Below are positions 33,502 to 45,804 of a stretch of DNA of 64,000 nucleotides, in pieces. The notes beneath the pieces are model-generated. The model searched no databases and was not told the DNA's origin. It was given only the letters and a program-made list of their open reading frames with translations. Positions within the stretch are counted from its first letter, which is position 1; each line of letters begins with the position of its first letter. The stretch comes from Meiothermus sp. (GTDB taxonomy: Bacteria; Deinococcota; Deinococci; Deinococcales; Thermaceae): assembly GCA_033762915.1 (NCBI GenBank), contig JANRLD010000039.1:35222-99221 (forward strand), read 5' to 3'. The position numbers and the translations under genes are program-made.

Positions 33502-35898
33502 ATGCTCCGATTCGCCGCACTTCTTCTTCTACTCCTGCTGGGGGCCTGCAACCTCAATTCTGCCCCCGCGCCCGAGCCTTTGCCCGGAACCCTCTGGACA
33601 GACCCCCAGTCCTGGACAGACGGCACCGTGCCTGAGAGCGGAGCCGAGGTCACGGTGGCGGCGGGCAAGACGGTGGTGCTTAACCGCGACGTGAAGCTGA
33701 AGAGCCTCACCATCTACGGAACCCTGGTCTTCGGCCGCCAGGACCTCGAGCTTTCCGCCGACTGGATCATGATCCACGGGCCCGGGAAGTTGCAGATTGG
33801 CAGCCCCGAGCGGCCCTTTACCCATAAGGCCACCATAACCCTCACCGATAACGACCGCGGCCGCAGCGTTATGGGGATGGGGGGTAAGTTCCTGGGCGCC
33901 ATGATGGGCGCGGGGATCGAAATCCACGGCGAAGACCGGGTGGACTGGACCAAGCTGGCCGCCACCGCCCCCCGCCTAACGACCCAGATTCGCCTGGCCG
34001 ATCGGGTGGACTGGCGGGCGGGCGAGCGGGTCGTGATCGCGTCCACTGCCCTCGACCCGTCTGAGGCCGAGGAGCGGGAGGTGGTGGGGGTCTCGAGCGA
34101 CGGCCGGACCGTCACGCTGGATAGGCCGCTGGACTACCTCCACTACGGCGAACTCCAGAGCTTCGGCGGCATGACCCTCGACAGCCGGGCCGAGGTGGGG
34201 CTGCTCAGCCGCAACGTCGTCATCCAGGGCGACAACCGGACCGGCACCTGGGGCGGGCACCTGATGGTGATGGGCTCCGACCCCGGCCAGCGCGAGACCA
34301 ACCCGGCCATGCGTTCCTCGGCCCGGATACGCGGGGTGGAGTTCCGTTACATGGGCCAGCGCAACGTGCTGGGCCGCTACCCCGTGCACTGGCACCGCAA
34401 CGGCGAAAGTGCGGGCGACTTTGTGGAGGGCAGCAGCTTTCACTCCAACTTTCAGCGCGGGGTGGTGGTGCACGGTACCGACGGCGTGAGGGTGGCCGAT
34501 AACGTGGTGTTTGCAAGCGTGGGGCACAGCTTCATGACCGAGGACGGCTCGGAGCGGGGCAACAGCTTTGAGCGCAACCTGGGTCTGGCCACCACTCCCT
34601 TCGACTCGGTTCCGCCCAACCCCGTCCAGGCCTCCCAGAACGACACCCAGGCCGCCACCTTCTGGCTCAAGGGCGGTTCTAACCGCTTCGTGGGCAACGC
34701 GGCGGCAGGTGGCGCGCACAGCGGCTTCTGGTTCGACAACGTAGGGCCGGTAGACCCGTCCGTGTTCGAGTTCAGGGACAACACGGTTCACTCCTACCAG
34801 GCCGGTCGAATCCCCGGCGAGCGGCTGGGCGGCAAGGGAGCCATCTGGGTGACTGGGCCGGTCGGCTCCGGTGACGAAGCCCTTCACCCCGTCCACGGCC
34901 CCTTCCGCTTCGAGAACACCACCGTCTACAAGAACCGCGAGGGCTACTGGGCCAACTCCACCGACGAGCCCACCGGCGAGGCCAAGGTCGATATTGTGGG
35001 CGCGATTCTGGCCGATAACGTGCTGGGCACCAGCAGCCATGGTCTGCGCGACAGCGTGGTGGTGGGGCGCAGCGCCAATCCAGACTCCGACCCCATGATC
35101 GGCTCGTCGGGCATACAGGAGTACCGCGCCACAACCTATCTGACCAATGTCCAGTTCTTCAACTTCGCGCCCACCTCCACCGCGCTCGACACCCGCAACT
35201 GCGTGCGTGAGGGCGGCGACATGCAGGTGCGCGGTGTGCAGATGAACGGCTCCCCCTTCCGGCTGTGCTCCGGCGGCAACAACGACATGGCCATCTACGA
35301 CCTCGATGGCTCGCTGACCGGCGCGGTGAGCACCACCGTCCCTGCCACCAGCCGCTTCATGTTCGACGAGGCCTGCCCCCTGCAGCCCAACGGCACCCGC
35401 CGCTGCCCCGGCCTGATCGAGTACGCGGCCCTGAGCCTCGAGACCGACCTCTTCTACCAGAACCTCCGCCCCGCCCTCCCCAGCGCCCCCATGCCCTCCC
35501 TGACCCGCTCCGACGGCCTGGTACTGCCTAGCAGCGACCTCTTCAACCGCCCCTGGCAGTGGACGCTGATGACGCGGCACACCTACCGCCTCGAGACCGA
35601 CCTGGCCGGCTGGGGATACCTGCGCTTGCGCCTGCTCCGTAAGTACTTCTCCGACGGCGAAACCCCCCGCAGCGTGACCGTTGCCGTACCCAGCAGCGCG
35701 GGCTTCATCGCCTCGAGCTGCGACCTGGGGGTCGCCCAAATGGGCGTGAACTGCGCAGGCAAGTCCCCGCTGCCGCAGGTGAATTCGCTGGCTGAGCTGA
35801 ACGCCTCGAGCCGGCCCGCATACTTCCGCAATGGCCCTGACATCGTGCTGAAGCTCTTCACCAACCGCGACAGCTCGGTGCTGCTCGAGCGACAGTGA
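33502..35898 (+). CDS. G8-domain lipoprotein with parallel beta-helix (TMEM2/CEMIP-like)
   Basis: Lipobox LLGAC; G8 pattern WTDGTVP...GKLQIGSPERPF; RAEVGLLSRNVVIQG; GRYPVHWH. Confidence 0.85.
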   Translation: MLRFAALLLLLLLGACNLNSAPAPEPLPGTLWTDPQSWTDGTVPESGAEVTVAAGKTVVLNRDVKLKSLTIYGTLVFGRQDLELSADWIMIHGPGKLQIGSPERPFTHKATITLTDNDRGRSVMGMGGKFLGAMMGAGIEIHGEDRVDWTKLAATAPRLTTQIRLADRVDWRAGERVVIASTALDPSEAEEREVVGVSSDGRTVTLDRPLDYLHYGELQSFGGMTLDSRAEVGLLSRNVVIQGDNRTGTWGGHLMVMGSDPGQRETNPAMRSSARIRGVEFRYMGQRNVLGRYPVHWHRNGESAGDFVEGSSFHSNFQRGVVVHGTDGVRVADNVVFASVGHSFMTEDGSERGNSFERNLGLATTPFDSVPPNPVQASQNDTQAATFWLKGGSNRFVGNAAAGGAHSGFWFDNVGPVDPSVFEFRDNTVHSYQAGRIPGERLGGKGAIWVTGPVGSGDEALHPVHGPFRFENTTVYKNREGYWANSTDEPTGEAKVDIVGAILADNVLGTSSHGLRDSVVVGRSANPDSDPMIGSSGIQEYRATTYLTNVQFFNFAPTSTALDTRNCVREGGDMQVRGVQMNGSPFRLCSGGNNDMAIYDLDGSLTGAVSTTVPATSRFMFDEACPLQPNGTRRCPGLIEYAALSLETDLFYQNLRPALPSAPMPSLTRSDGLVLPSSDLFNRPWQWTLMTRHTYRLETDLAGWGYLRLRLLRKYFSDGETPRSVTVAVPSSAGFIASSCDLGVAQMGVNCAGKSPLPQVNSLAELNASSRPAYFRNGPDIVLKLFTNRDSSVLLERQ

Positions 35899-35984
35899 GG
35901 CGGGGAACAGGGGAGTCGAAGAGCGGAGAAAGGGCGTGGGTTGCTTCAACATTCGCCTGACCCATCGCCCCTACACTTAGACCC

Positions 35985-36425
35985 ATGAACCGCCGTGACG
36001 CCAACAAGACCATTGCGGCCAGCGTGGCCGCCCTCGCCAGTGGCCAGACCCTGGCCCAGAACGCCCCCCAGCCGGTGCGCATCACCGAGCTCGCCAAGCT
36101 GACCGAGGTCTGGTCGGACGCGGAGTTTCGCTTCCTGAATCAGCCCTCGCTGCTGGTGCGGGTGCCGGTGCCCAGGGAGGCCGGGCCCCGGGTGCTCCGG
36201 GTGAGCGACGCGGTGGCCCTAACGGCTTACTCGAGGCTGTGCACCCACTCCGGCTGCCTGGTTCCCCTGCCCGACCGCCAGCAGAACATCGAGTGCGGCT
36301 GTCACGGCAGCCGCTTCAAGGCCGATGGCAGCCTGGTGGCGGGGCCGGCCTTTGAACCGCTGCGGGCCATACGGCTCGAGGTGCAGGGGGGCGTGGTCTT
36401 CGCACTGGGATTCCTCGAGGGCTGA
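35985..36425 (+). CDS. Rieske 2Fe-2S protein with Tat-like leader
   Basis: CTHSGC and CGCHGS boxes; MNRRD N-terminus. Confidence 0.88.
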   Translation: MNRRDANKTIAASVAALASGQTLAQNAPQPVRITELAKLTEVWSDAEFRFLNQPSLLVRVPVPREAGPRVLRVSDAVALTAYSRLCTHSGCLVPLPDRQQNIECGCHGSRFKADGSLVAGPAFEPLRAIRLEVQGGVVFALGFLEG

Positions 36426-36514
36426 CCGACCATCGCCGCGGCCCTAGGTCCCGTCGAGTTTCATAGCGGGGAGGTCGCCCGGCAGAAGGTGGTCGGGCCC
36501 ACGGCTCATGGCCC

Positions 36515-37432
36515 TCACCCCGGCATCCAGTTCCCCCCGCACACAATCACCGCCAGACGCTCGGGGAGGTCGTAGTCCATCAGCACCGGGGCCAGGGCCA
36601 GCCCGGCGGTGGGCTCGACCACTTGCTTAAGGCGGCTCATCATCAGGTGCTGGGCTTGCAGGGTGACCGCGTCGGGCGCAGTGAGGATGCGGTCTACGTG
36701 GTGCTGCATCACCGGGAAGGTGTGCTCGCCGATCAGCATGGTGCGTACCCCGTCGGCCACCGTCTTGGGGGCGCTCATCAGCTTGATGCGGGTGCCCACC
36801 TGGAGGCTCTGCTGGGCGTCGTTGGCCCCTTCCGGCTCGACCCCGATCACCTCAACCTCGGGGCGCAAGCTCTTAATCACTGTAGCAATGCCCGCGATCA
36901 GCCCGCCGCCCCCCACCGACACCAGCACCGCGTCGAAGTGCTCGAGCTGCTCGAGCAGCTCCAGGGCCTGGGTTCCCTGTCCCGCCATCACCCTGAGGTC
37001 GTCGAAGGGGTGGATCAGCTCGTAGCCCAGCTCGAGGGCTTTGGCCCGCACTACCTGTTCGCGGTTCTCTACCGTGACCCCGTCGTCGAGGACCTCGGCC
37101 CCGTAGGCTCGGGTGGCCTGCTTCTTGGTCTCGCTCGAGTCCTGCGGCATCACCACTACCGCCGGAACCCCAATCACCTGCGCCGCGTAGGCCGCGCCTT
37201 GAGCGTGGTTGCCTGAGGAGACCGCGATGACGCCTTTGGGGTTGCTCATCTGCAAGGCCGCGTTGAGTGCACCCCTGGCCTTGAAGCTGCCGGTCTTCTG
37301 CAAGTGTTCGGCCTTGAAGAACAGTCTCTTGCCCAGGTACGCGTCCAGGTTGGAGCTGACCATAACGGGCGTCTCGTGGACGTAGGGCGCGATGCGCTGG
37401 CGGGCAGCTCGGATGACCTCGAGGGTTAGCAT
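36515..37432 (-). CDS. Threonine/serine dehydratase or serine racemase-like PLP enzyme
   Basis: QKTGSFKARGA, SSGNHAQG, GGGGL. Confidence 0.9.
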   Translation of the reverse strand: MLTLEVIRAARQRIAPYVHETPVMVSSNLDAYLGKRLFFKAEHLQKTGSFKARGALNAALQMSNPKGVIAVSSGNHAQGAAYAAQVIGVPAVVVMPQDSSETKKQATRAYGAEVLDDGVTVENREQVVRAKALELGYELIHPFDDLRVMAGQGTQALELLEQLEHFDAVLVSVGGGGLIAGIATVIKSLRPEVEVIGVEPEGANDAQQSLQVGTRIKLMSAPKTVADGVRTMLIGEHTFPVMQHHVDRILTAPDAVTLQAQHLMMSRLKQVVEPTAGLALAPVLMDYDLPERLAVIVCGGNWMPG

Positions 37433-37583
37433 CCCCGTAGTGTACTGGCTCGCCGCGCGGGTTGAGGCCCTTCCGGCGTCTGCGCTCGATGGAAGGTATC
37501 CAGCTAGTTATGGGGCAATAGAGAAGGGCAGGGGTGACCCGACGCCCAGACCGACTGCCGCCGCCGGGTTAGGCTACAGAGCC

Positions 37584-39438
<1,855 letters not shown>

Positions 39439-39643
39439 GGGGATAAGGGGAGAGGGGAAAAGGGGAAAAAGGGAAAAAGTAAGTGCCAAAGCCCCCCTTT
39501 GGGCCAATCGGTTTGTACCTCGAGGTCTGCCCGCGTCCTGGTAACAGCACCCAAGGAGGGTAGGGGAGATTTGGTTTTGACTTTTCCACCGCCACCCGCC
39601 ACCCGCTACCCCCCGCCCGCCATCCGACGTAAACTAACCTGCT

Positions 39644-40585
39644 GTGATACAGGCCTTCACCGGCGACTCGTTCCTGGCCCGGGAGGCCATCCTCCAGGAG
39701 GCCGGTGTGCTGGGGCTGTCGCCGCGCTTCATCCCACCGGAGCCCGGGGTGGTGGCGCAGGAGGTTAGCGGGGGGCTTTTCGGGCCGAGCGGGGCCCTGG
39801 TGGACCTGCGGGAGATGCCCGAGGGTGAGTGGAAGCCCCTCAAGGAACTCCTCGACCGCCTGCCCCCCGACGCGGTGGTGCTGCTCCTCGACCCCAGGCC
39901 CACCAGCGCGCGCTCCAAGTTCTACAACGACAAAGAGCGGGTGGCCAGGCGCAATCTGCCGATGCCCGAGCCGCGCGAGCTGGCCCAGTGGGTCACCAAC
40001 CGGGCCCGCCTCCACGACCTCAAGATCAACGCCTCGATCGCCAACTTCCTGGCCTCGCTGGTCAGCGGCAAGAGCAGCGCCGAGAACCCCGTGGCGGGCC
40101 TCGAGGCACTCGACCAGGAGCTGAAAAAGCTGACCCTGGTCAATCCCCCGCTGGACCTCGAGAAGGTTAGGGCGGTGGTGGCGCTCGAGGTGCCCATTTC
40201 AGGCTTCGACCTGGTGCGGGCCACCACCGAGGGCAAGTCGGCCCAGGCCTTTAAGGTCATGCGCGAGATCATGGAGCGCGACGAAGACCCCATTCGGATT
40301 CTGGGGGCCTTGACCTGGCAGTATGTCCGTGCCGCCAGGGCCTGGGCCTTGCTGCAGGAAAACCCCATGCTGGGCGAGGGCGAGGCCGCCAGCAGGCTGG
40401 GGATGCACCCCTACGCCGCCAAGCAGACCCTGCTCCTGGCCAAGGGGCTGAACCGGGCCGTGGTGGAGCGTTCGCTGGAAATCCTGATCGAAGCCGAGCG
40501 AGCCGCCAAAACCGGCAAGGACATGAGACTGGCCCTCGAGCGGGCAGTGATGCAGCTGGCCAACCTCAGGGCGGCCAAGTCCTGA
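39644..40585 (+). CDS. holA: DNA polymerase III delta subunit
   Basis: AFTGDSFLA N-terminus, QELKKL, GMHPYAA, AKTGKD...LER. Confidence 0.85.
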   Translation: MIQAFTGDSFLAREAILQEAGVLGLSPRFIPPEPGVVAQEVSGGLFGPSGALVDLREMPEGEWKPLKELLDRLPPDAVVLLLDPRPTSARSKFYNDKERVARRNLPMPEPRELAQWVTNRARLHDLKINASIANFLASLVSGKSSAENPVAGLEALDQELKKLTLVNPPLDLEKVRAVVALEVPISGFDLVRATTEGKSAQAFKVMREIMERDEDPIRILGALTWQYVRAARAWALLQENPMLGEGEAASRLGMHPYAAKQTLLLAKGLNRAVVERSLEILIEAERAAKTGKDMRLALERAVMQLANLRAAKS

Positions 40586-40906
40586 AGATCGGCCGCCAGA
40601 AGGCGAAAGCGAAAGCCCGGTCGGGTTCGAGGGCGACCCCCGGGGTTGGGCAAGCCTTACGGATCAGAACGTCTGGTCCCTTCGGAGAATCCCAAGACCC
40701 GTGCCCATCAGCCGCTCGAGGCGAGAGGCGGTACGAGGGCCTGGCGGGGTGTTCAGCGGGCGGAGGGAAGTATAGTTGCGCCATAATGAGATTACAGGAC
40801 TTCAGCAAAGCCTCATCAGTGAGCAGCTTGTGGGCGCAATTGCCCGATCTATCGGTGAGTGCGGATGCTGCAATTCCACTATGGAGATACTTATCAGGCT
40901 TAACGC

Positions 40907-41605
40907 TCACCTCGGGGGGAATATCTGTAGTTCCATGATGCGGCCCCTCGAGCTTCTACTCGCCGCGTAGACTAGGCTCTCGCCGATCTCCTTGGGGTCC
41001 ACCCAGGCCATTGGGTCGGCGTCGGGCATGTCCTTGCGGTTGGCGGGAGTGTCCACCGCGCCCATTGGGTACACGATGGCGACCCGCACCGCCGTGCCAG
41101 TGAGTTCGGCGTCCAGCGAGCGCAGGTAGGTGGCCACCGCCGCCTTGGCCGCTGCGTAAAGCGCCACCCCGCCGCCGCCGCCGTTCCAGGCCGCCGCCGC
41201 TGAGATGCCCGCGATGAAGCCGTCCTTCTGGCTGCTCAGCTCGGGCAGGATGGCCTTGGTCATGTAGAACAGGGTGCGCATATTGAGGTCGAACATTTTG
41301 TCATAGAAGCCCAGCTCGGTGTCCCGAACCGGCGACCAGACGAAGCCGCCCACAGTGTGGATCAGCCCGTCTACCCGCCCCATCTTCTGCTTGACCTGCC
41401 GCACCACGTTCTCGGCGTCGGGGTAGTGGGTCAGATTGGCCAGGATGGCCTCGCCTCCGAGTTCCTTGGCCCTCGAGACGATCGTCGCTTCGTGTGGGTC
41501 CACCAGAGCCAGCCTGGCCCCCGCCGCGGCAAAGGACTGAGCAATCGCTCCCGCAATGGCCCCACCCCCGCCGGTAAGAATGTATACCTTTCCCTCTAGA
41601 CTCAT
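40907..41605 (-). CDS. SDR oxidoreductase
   Basis: TGGGGAIA, YAAAK, DTPANR. Confidence 0.88.
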   Translation of the reverse strand: MSLEGKVYILTGGGGAIAGAIAQSFAAAGARLALVDPHEATIVSRAKELGGEAILANLTHYPDAENVVRQVKQKMGRVDGLIHTVGGFVWSPVRDTELGFYDKMFDLNMRTLFYMTKAILPELSSQKDGFIAGISAAAAWNGGGGGVALYAAAKAAVATYLRSLDAELTGTAVRVAIVYPMGAVDTPANRKDMPDADPMAWVDPKEIGESLVYAASRSSRGRIMELQIFPPR

Positions 41606-41735
41606 ACCGCACCATTATAGAGACGGCGAGGGTCGGGAAAGGCGAGGGAAGGGGAGAGTGGAGAGAGGGCTAAGGTCTCGCGGCTGCCTCTTCTCTTCCG
41701 TACGTCCTCCCGTCCCCTGCTAAGATAGTCCCCTG

Positions 41736-43034
41736 ATGATCGGCTACTACAGCACCCGCGACCCGCAAAAGAACAAAGTTTCCTTCGCCGACGCCCTGCT
41801 GAAGGGTCTGGCTCCGGACGGGGGACTGTACGTGCCGGACGCCATACCCCAGGTCAACCCCGCGGTCTGGCTCGAGGCCCCCTCCGTCGCCGACCTGGGT
41901 GTGGAGGTGCTGGGGGCGTGGCTGGGGGACGAGATTCCTGCCGGGCAACTCGAGGCCGTTGTGCGGGACGCGCTGAACTTCCCCACGCCGGTGGTCAGGC
42001 TCTCCGATGACCTGTTCGTGCTCGAGCTGATCCACGGCCCCACGCTCTCCTTCAAGGACTACGGGGCACGGACGATGGCCCGGCTGATGCAGTATTTCCT
42101 TTCGTCGCGCGGCGAGCGGCGCGTAATCCTGGTGGCCACCTCGGGCGACACCGGAAGCGCAGTGGCCGACGGCTTTGCCGGGCAGGACAACATCGAGGTG
42201 GTGCTGCTGTACCCCAAGGGCAAGGTCAGCACGGTGCAAGAGCGCCAGCTGATCGTCGAGCGCCCCGGGGTCCGGAGCTTCGCCGTCGAGGGCGACTTCG
42301 ACGACTGCCAACGGATGGTCAAGGAGGCCTTCGTCGACCCCGGACTGGCCGACCTGCCGCTCTCCTCGGCCAACTCCATCAACATCGGCAGACTGTTGCC
42401 GCAATCGCTCTACTACCTGTGGGCGGCGAATCGGCTTCACAGCCTCACCGGGGGCAGTGAAATCAATTTCTGCGTCCCAAGCGGCAACCTGGGCAACCTG
42501 ACCGGCGGAATTTTCGCTGCCCTGGTGGGTCAGCCGGTACACCGCTTCGTGGCGGCCCACAACGCCAACGACTTTTTCCCCAACTACCTGGCCCACAGCG
42601 CCGAGGCCTTCGAGTTTAGGCCCACCGTCGCCACCGTCTCCAACGCCATGGACGTCGGAGCGCCCTCCAACTTCGAGCGGCTGCACCACCTGCTGAGCGA
42701 GGAGAGGGCCAGGGGCTGGATCTGGGGCACCAGCGTCCACAACGCCGACACCCTCGGTCGCATGAAGGCCGTCTACGACCAGTTCGGCTATGTGGCCTGC
42801 CCGCATACCTCGGTCGGACTCGAGGCCGTCCACCGCTACCGCCAGGCCACCGGCGACCCTACCCCCTTCGTCACCCTGGCCTGCGCCCACCCCGCCAAGT
42901 TTCCCGAGGCCGTCTCGCAGACCCTGGGCATCCCCGCGCCCACGGAGCGGGCCCTCGAGGCGCTGTTCAGCCGCCCGGTCAGGGTCGAGACCATCGCGCC
43001 GACGCTGGCGGCGTTGAGGGAGCGCTTGACGTAG
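41736..43034 (+). CDS. thrC: Threonine synthase
   Basis: GLAPDGGLY, HGPTLSFKD, ATSGDTG, ANSIN, VPSGNLGN. Confidence 0.95.
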   Translation: MIGYYSTRDPQKNKVSFADALLKGLAPDGGLYVPDAIPQVNPAVWLEAPSVADLGVEVLGAWLGDEIPAGQLEAVVRDALNFPTPVVRLSDDLFVLELIHGPTLSFKDYGARTMARLMQYFLSSRGERRVILVATSGDTGSAVADGFAGQDNIEVVLLYPKGKVSTVQERQLIVERPGVRSFAVEGDFDDCQRMVKEAFVDPGLADLPLSSANSINIGRLLPQSLYYLWAANRLHSLTGGSEINFCVPSGNLGNLTGGIFAALVGQPVHRFVAAHNANDFFPNYLAHSAEAFEFRPTVATVSNAMDVGAPSNFERLHHLLSEERARGWIWGTSVHNADTLGRMKAVYDQFGYVACPHTSVGLEAVHRYRQATGDPTPFVTLACAHPAKFPEAVSQTLGIPAPTERALEALFSRPVRVETIAPTLAALRERLT

Positions 43035-43248
43035 GGAACACCGAGCGGGCCAAAGAGCCAATTTCGACGATTCCACGCCTCCTGTTCTGCGCCTCCTCCC
43101 AAGTAACGCTAAAAGTTATGCGGGTGGCGCTCTGATGGGCTGTTTTATTCGTTCCAGACATGGTCGGGCTTTTCTTTGTGGAGTTCGCTAGAAAAAGTGC
43201 GGGTCAAAAAGCACAGGTCGCCCCACGTGGGCTCCATACACTTGGGAC

Positions 43249-43926
43249 ATGAGTGCGGAGAAGTTGCGGGACGAAGATCTAAAATTGGTCGACCTGATCG
43301 AGCAAGCGCAGAGTCAGGTGCTCGAGTACAACGGGCGGCTGCTGGAGCTGCAGGACACCCTGGCGATGGCCCGCCGCCTGGTCGAGGAGCGCAACCAGGC
43401 CCTCCTCAGCGGACGTAACGCTTTGCTCGAGGGAACCACCGCCGAAGAGGAAGACTTGCTGACCGGCCTGCCCAGCCAGGCCGCCTTCGACCGCGCCCTC
43501 GAGCGCTGCCACGCCACCGGCGAGGTCTTCTCGGTGGTGACCTTCGAGGTGGATCACTTCACTAGCCTGGCGGGCCAGGCGGGCAGCGCCGTGGCCGATG
43601 AGGTGCTGCGCCGGGTCTCGGTGCAGGTGCGCAAGGTGCTGCGCGGCTCGGACGTGGCCGGGCACATGGGCCAGGGCCGCTTCGCCCTGATCCTGCGGGG
43701 CATCGCGGGCGACCGCACCTTCGGGGTCTGCGAGCGCCTGCGGGTGGCCATCCTCAAGTACCCCTGGAGCAGCCTCAGCCCCGGCCTGCGGGTCACCGTC
43801 AGCTTGGGCTTCGCGGCCCGCGATAACGACAACGCAGGCAAGGAGATCATGGACAGGGCCGACCGCTTTCAGGCCGAGGCCATCAGCTCGGGCCGCAACC
43901 AGACCTTCCCCGGTCTGTACTACTGA
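43249..43926 (+). CDS. Coiled-coil + degenerate GGDEF-domain protein
   Basis: DLLTGLP, VDHF, VTVSLG, GRNQ; catalytic motif replaced by HMGQGRF. Confidence 0.85.
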   Translation: MSAEKLRDEDLKLVDLIEQAQSQVLEYNGRLLELQDTLAMARRLVEERNQALLSGRNALLEGTTAEEEDLLTGLPSQAAFDRALERCHATGEVFSVVTFEVDHFTSLAGQAGSAVADEVLRRVSVQVRKVLRGSDVAGHMGQGRFALILRGIAGDRTFGVCERLRVAILKYPWSSLSPGLRVTVSLGFAARDNDNAGKEIMDRADRFQAEAISSGRNQTFPGLYY

Positions 43927-44002
43927 GGCCTCACCCCGGGTTCCATAACGCTTTTGTAACTCCCCTCCGGCTACACTCACCCCGAGAAAGTTGGTGACCC
44001 CT

Positions 44003-44161
44003 ATGGAACACATTCGCAGACTGATCGCCCGAACTGAACGCAGCCTACTCGAGCGCGGCAACGAGGCCCTCGAGGGCATGAACTACCGCTACGGCGTTGC
44101 GGTGCTCTCTGCGCTGGCCTTCCTGGTGGGGGTGGTGTTCGCGATCGTCCAAGGGGCCTGA
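44003..44161 (+). CDS. 52-aa single-TM small protein
   Basis: MEHIRRLIARTERSLLERGNEALEGMNYRYGVAVLSALAFLVGVVFAIVQGA; upstream TACACT; host-like codons. Confidence 0.6.
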   Translation: MEHIRRLIARTERSLLERGNEALEGMNYRYGVAVLSALAFLVGVVFAIVQGA

Positions 44162-44209
44162 CGGTCTGCGTAGCCCAACCGCGGCCCGCGACTACCGTTT
44201 TCATCTCAT

Positions 44210-44269
44210 CGTTTCACACGAATACCCCGCACGCCGAGTCTCGGATGTGCGGGGTATTCGTGTGAAACG
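44210..44269. repeat. Repeat family C, perfect 23-bp inverted repeat
   Basis: CGTTTCACACGAATACCCCGCAC / GTGCGGGGTATTCGTGTGAAACG. Confidence 0.85.
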
Positions 44270-44441
44270 CTGTAAGGGCGGGAACCACGGTTGGTGGGTC
44301 ATCCGATGTTTGAGGTCGGCCAGCCAAGACTCGAGCGAACCGCATCCGGCGCCTAAGTGAGGTGCCCCGAAGCCGGGACCGACCGAAATTGACCCGCCGA
44401 CGCTGGGTGGCAGGAACCAGGCGGGGGCTCACCCCGCCCTT

Positions 44442-45122
44442 TTATCGGGTGACCCAGCCGCCCGACAGCGGGAAGACCTGCCCCACGAAGCAGTCGGCGG
44501 CGTCGCTGCACAAGTAGGCCACCAGCTCGGCGTCCTCTCGAGCCGTAACCAGCCGCCCCAGCGGAACCTCCCGCCGCAGGCGCTCCTGGAAGCGGGGGTC
44601 GGCCTGCACCTCGGGCGGGAAGTAGGTGGGGTTTTCGACGAAGTTCTGTGCCACCGCGTTGACCTGTATGTTGAGTGGCGCGACCTCGACCCCTACCGCC
44701 TGGACGTAGGCGAGTTGTGCGCCTCGAGCGGCGCTGTAGGTCGAACTGCGCTTCATCCCGCGCAGGGCGGCGGCGCTGCCCATGACCACGATCTTGCCCG
44801 ACCTGCGCTCGATCATGGCAGGCAGGGCCGCCCGAAACAGGCGCGGCAGTGGGTCGACCAGCGCGGCGAAGGTCTCCCGCCACTCCCGCTCGTCGGACTC
44901 GACCACCCTTGAGGTCGGCGCGGGAACCGCGAGGTTGGCGATCAAGACCTCGACCTCGCCCGCGCCGGAGACCACATCCTGGGCTGCCCCGGGTTCGGCC
45001 AGGGGCGCGGTGCTGGCGATCACCACCGCGCCGTGCTCGGCCAGCACCGCACACAGCGCAGGCCCCATGAACTCGTCTGACTGGGTGACCAGGATGCGTT
45101 TGCCCTCGAGTTTTCCGGCCAT
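44442..45122 (-). CDS. SDR oxidoreductase (atypical)
   Basis: YSAARGAQ, IQVNAVA, VPLGRL, VGQVFPLSGGW. Confidence 0.85.
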   Translation of the reverse strand: MAGKLEGKRILVTQSDEFMGPALCAVLAEHGAVVIASTAPLAEPGAAQDVVSGAGEVEVLIANLAVPAPTSRVVESDEREWRETFAALVDPLPRLFRAALPAMIERRSGKIVVMGSAAALRGMKRSSTYSAARGAQLAYVQAVGVEVAPLNIQVNAVAQNFVENPTYFPPEVQADPRFQERLRREVPLGRLVTAREDAELVAYLCSDAADCFVGQVFPLSGGWVTR

Positions 45123-45153
45123 GCCCAGATCCTACCCTACCCCCTCGAGGCCT

Positions 45154-45279
45154 GAGAGCGGTTCCCACGCATAATCCCAACGGCGCTAAAGCGGGCGGTT
45201 TTTGCCGTACCGAGTGCAATACTCCGCTTTAGCGCCCGCTTTAGCGCAGTACCGTGGGCGGAGTATGCGTGGGAACCGC
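45154..45279. repeat. MITE-like repeat family B, 16-bp perfect terminal inverted repeats
   Basis: GCGGTTCCCACGCATA (45158-45173) / TATGCGTGGGAACCGC (45264-45279). Confidence 0.85.
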
Positions 45280-45438
45280 GATGAGGCCCATCCGTCGCGA
45301 AGCCCTACCACCCCCCAGCGCCACTGGCGTGCCCATCCCGACCGGCCGAAAATCCTTCCCCAACTTTTTTACAGCCCATTCCCGCAGCGCCGACCTCGCA
45401 GACGCGGCGGGCCGGGACAGAATTGGCGAAATCTCGCC

Positions 45439-45804
45439 CTAGCTCCTGTCGCTGGGGGTGACGGTCACGCTGGGGGCGTTGGTTTTTTCCTCGTCTTCCG
45501 GGGTGCGGGCCTCGACGGTGCCCTCGACGTTGCGCTCGACCTTGAGCTTGAAGTTGGCGATGAGTCCGCCGATGGCCCCCAACGCCGCCAGCCGGGGGGC
45601 AGCCAGGGTGAGGATGCCGCCCGCCAGCACCCCGATGGTCAGGGGCAGCGAGAACAGCTCCTCGCCGTTGGGCTTGCAGATGATCACCCGCGTGGCGGTG
45701 GAGTCGCGCAGCAGCTCCTGCACCTTGCCAATCAGCTGCTCGCCCTGAACTTGAACTTCCTCAACCCAGGTTTTTTCGCCTTGTGGTGGTGTGGACTGGC
45801 TCAC
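45439..45804 (-). CDS. DUF4342-like protein
   Basis: EEVQVQGEQLIGKVQELL...RVII...LPLTIG...LAALGAIG; GTG with [11 protein letters not shown]. Confidence 0.8.
   Translation of the reverse strand: MSQSTPPQGEKTWVEEVQVQGEQLIGKVQELLRDSTATRVIICKPNGEELFSLPLTIGVLAGGILTLAAPRLAALGAIGGLIANFKLKVERNVEGTVEARTPEDEEKTNAPSVTVTPSDRS

Noticed and set aside
40830..40895. Possible degenerate family A tail (GGCGCAATT...ACTATGGAGATACTTA)
   Set aside because: Similarity is too short and the core hairpins are missing
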